DNA from: Takakia lepidozioides
Lineage: Eukaryota; Plantae; Bryophyta
DNA: 64,000 bases
Reading direction: 5' to 3'
NCBI GenBank assembly: GCA_030704615.1
Contig: CM060731.1
Coordinates: forward strand, 56,234,001 to 56,298,000
Part shown: positions 63,245-64,000 of the stretch, piece by piece
How the letters are laid out: each line of letters starts with the position of its first letter
Position numbering within the stretch: the first letter of the stretch is position 1
Notes under the pieces: generated by a model
The model's input: only the letters and a program-made list of their open reading frames with translations
What the model was told of the DNA's origin: nothing
Database searches by the model: none
Translations under genes and position numbers: made by a program

Positions 63245-63605
63245 TTCCACTTCAGGGCCAGCCAGTCTAGGGACTTAGCCCGAAAATGGCTAAGTCCCTG
63301 AACGGCAATAGGGCCTGGAACTGGAAAATGGCGTCGAATTTCCAGTTCAGGGCCAGCCAGTCTAGGGACTTAGCCCGAAAATGCTAAGTCCCTGGACGGC
63401 AATAGGGCCTAGAACTGGAAAACGGCGCCGAATTTCCAGTTCCGGGCCAGCCACCCTAGGGACTTAGACCGAAAATGGCTAAGTCCCTGGACGGCAATAG
63501 GGCCTGGAACTGGAAAATGGCGCCGAATTTCCAGTTCCGGGCCAGCCAGTCTAGGGACTTAGCCATTTTCGGAGCCCTGACTGGAAATTCGGCGCCATTT
63601 TCCCT
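63245..63605. repeat. 95-bp tandem repeat containing two different palindromes
   Basis: agggacttagcc-n7-ggctaagtccct and gaactggaaa-n11-tttccagttc, about 3.5 units. Confidence 0.92.
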
Positions 63606-64000
63606 AACACCACTTGAGGCCTCTAACATCCTGAAATGCCAGGACTTGAAAAAAAGGCGGCGCGTATGTACCTGTACAGAAGGCGCATTGCTGCTTTGTC
63701 CGCGTTTGGCTGGTCGGTGAACTCGTGGCTCCGGCGAGCATCTGCTATCTCCCGAAAAAATAGGTTGGTTTTGTAGAGTAGAAAGTACCTCGTCACATAG
63801 TCACGTTGGCTCTCTGCTGCAGGAGATATCTCCATCTTGAACTGATGTGCTCGTGTGTCCAGCTGCTCTTGCGCATTCGTCGTCACCTGTGGAGATTGTC
63901 CATCAGATCGCTTTCCTCAAATACAATGAATCCCCCCCTACTAGAGTAGAAGCCCCAAACGAAGCGTGGGGAAGTACCTGAAACCACCATGTCATGCGGT

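Overview
Eukaryotic nuclear DNA, most likely from a non-seed land plant (a bryophyte- or lycophyte-like source is inferred from the PLS-DYW PPR style and the TE content). The host component is a decaying cluster of PLS-class PPR-DYW RNA-editing genes: one long intact PPR tract at 16.8-19.4 kb and at least three DYW-ending pseudogenes. It is riddled with TEs: a Ty3/gypsy gag-protease element, L1-clade LINEs, a TTAA/piggyBac-type MITE, a MITE with a 4-bp TSD, a Mutator-like transposase, a 13.7-kb hAT with an 8-bp TSD, and two nested LTR elements. The most striking signal is cargo carried by these TEs. (1) A MULE transposase and a ParB/Srx-like gene are transcribed divergently from a ~2.5-kb array of about 45 22-bp palindromes phased at 53 bp. 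(2) One family of HND/DWG protein kinases occurs four times, inside three different TEs (the hAT and two LTR elements). (3) The hAT also carries a RING-H2 gene and three consecutive long hairpins. (4) Nearly every TE-borne gene has a phased palindrome array on its 5' side. Almost all TE genes here are disrupted. All calls come from reading motifs by eye; no database searches were run.
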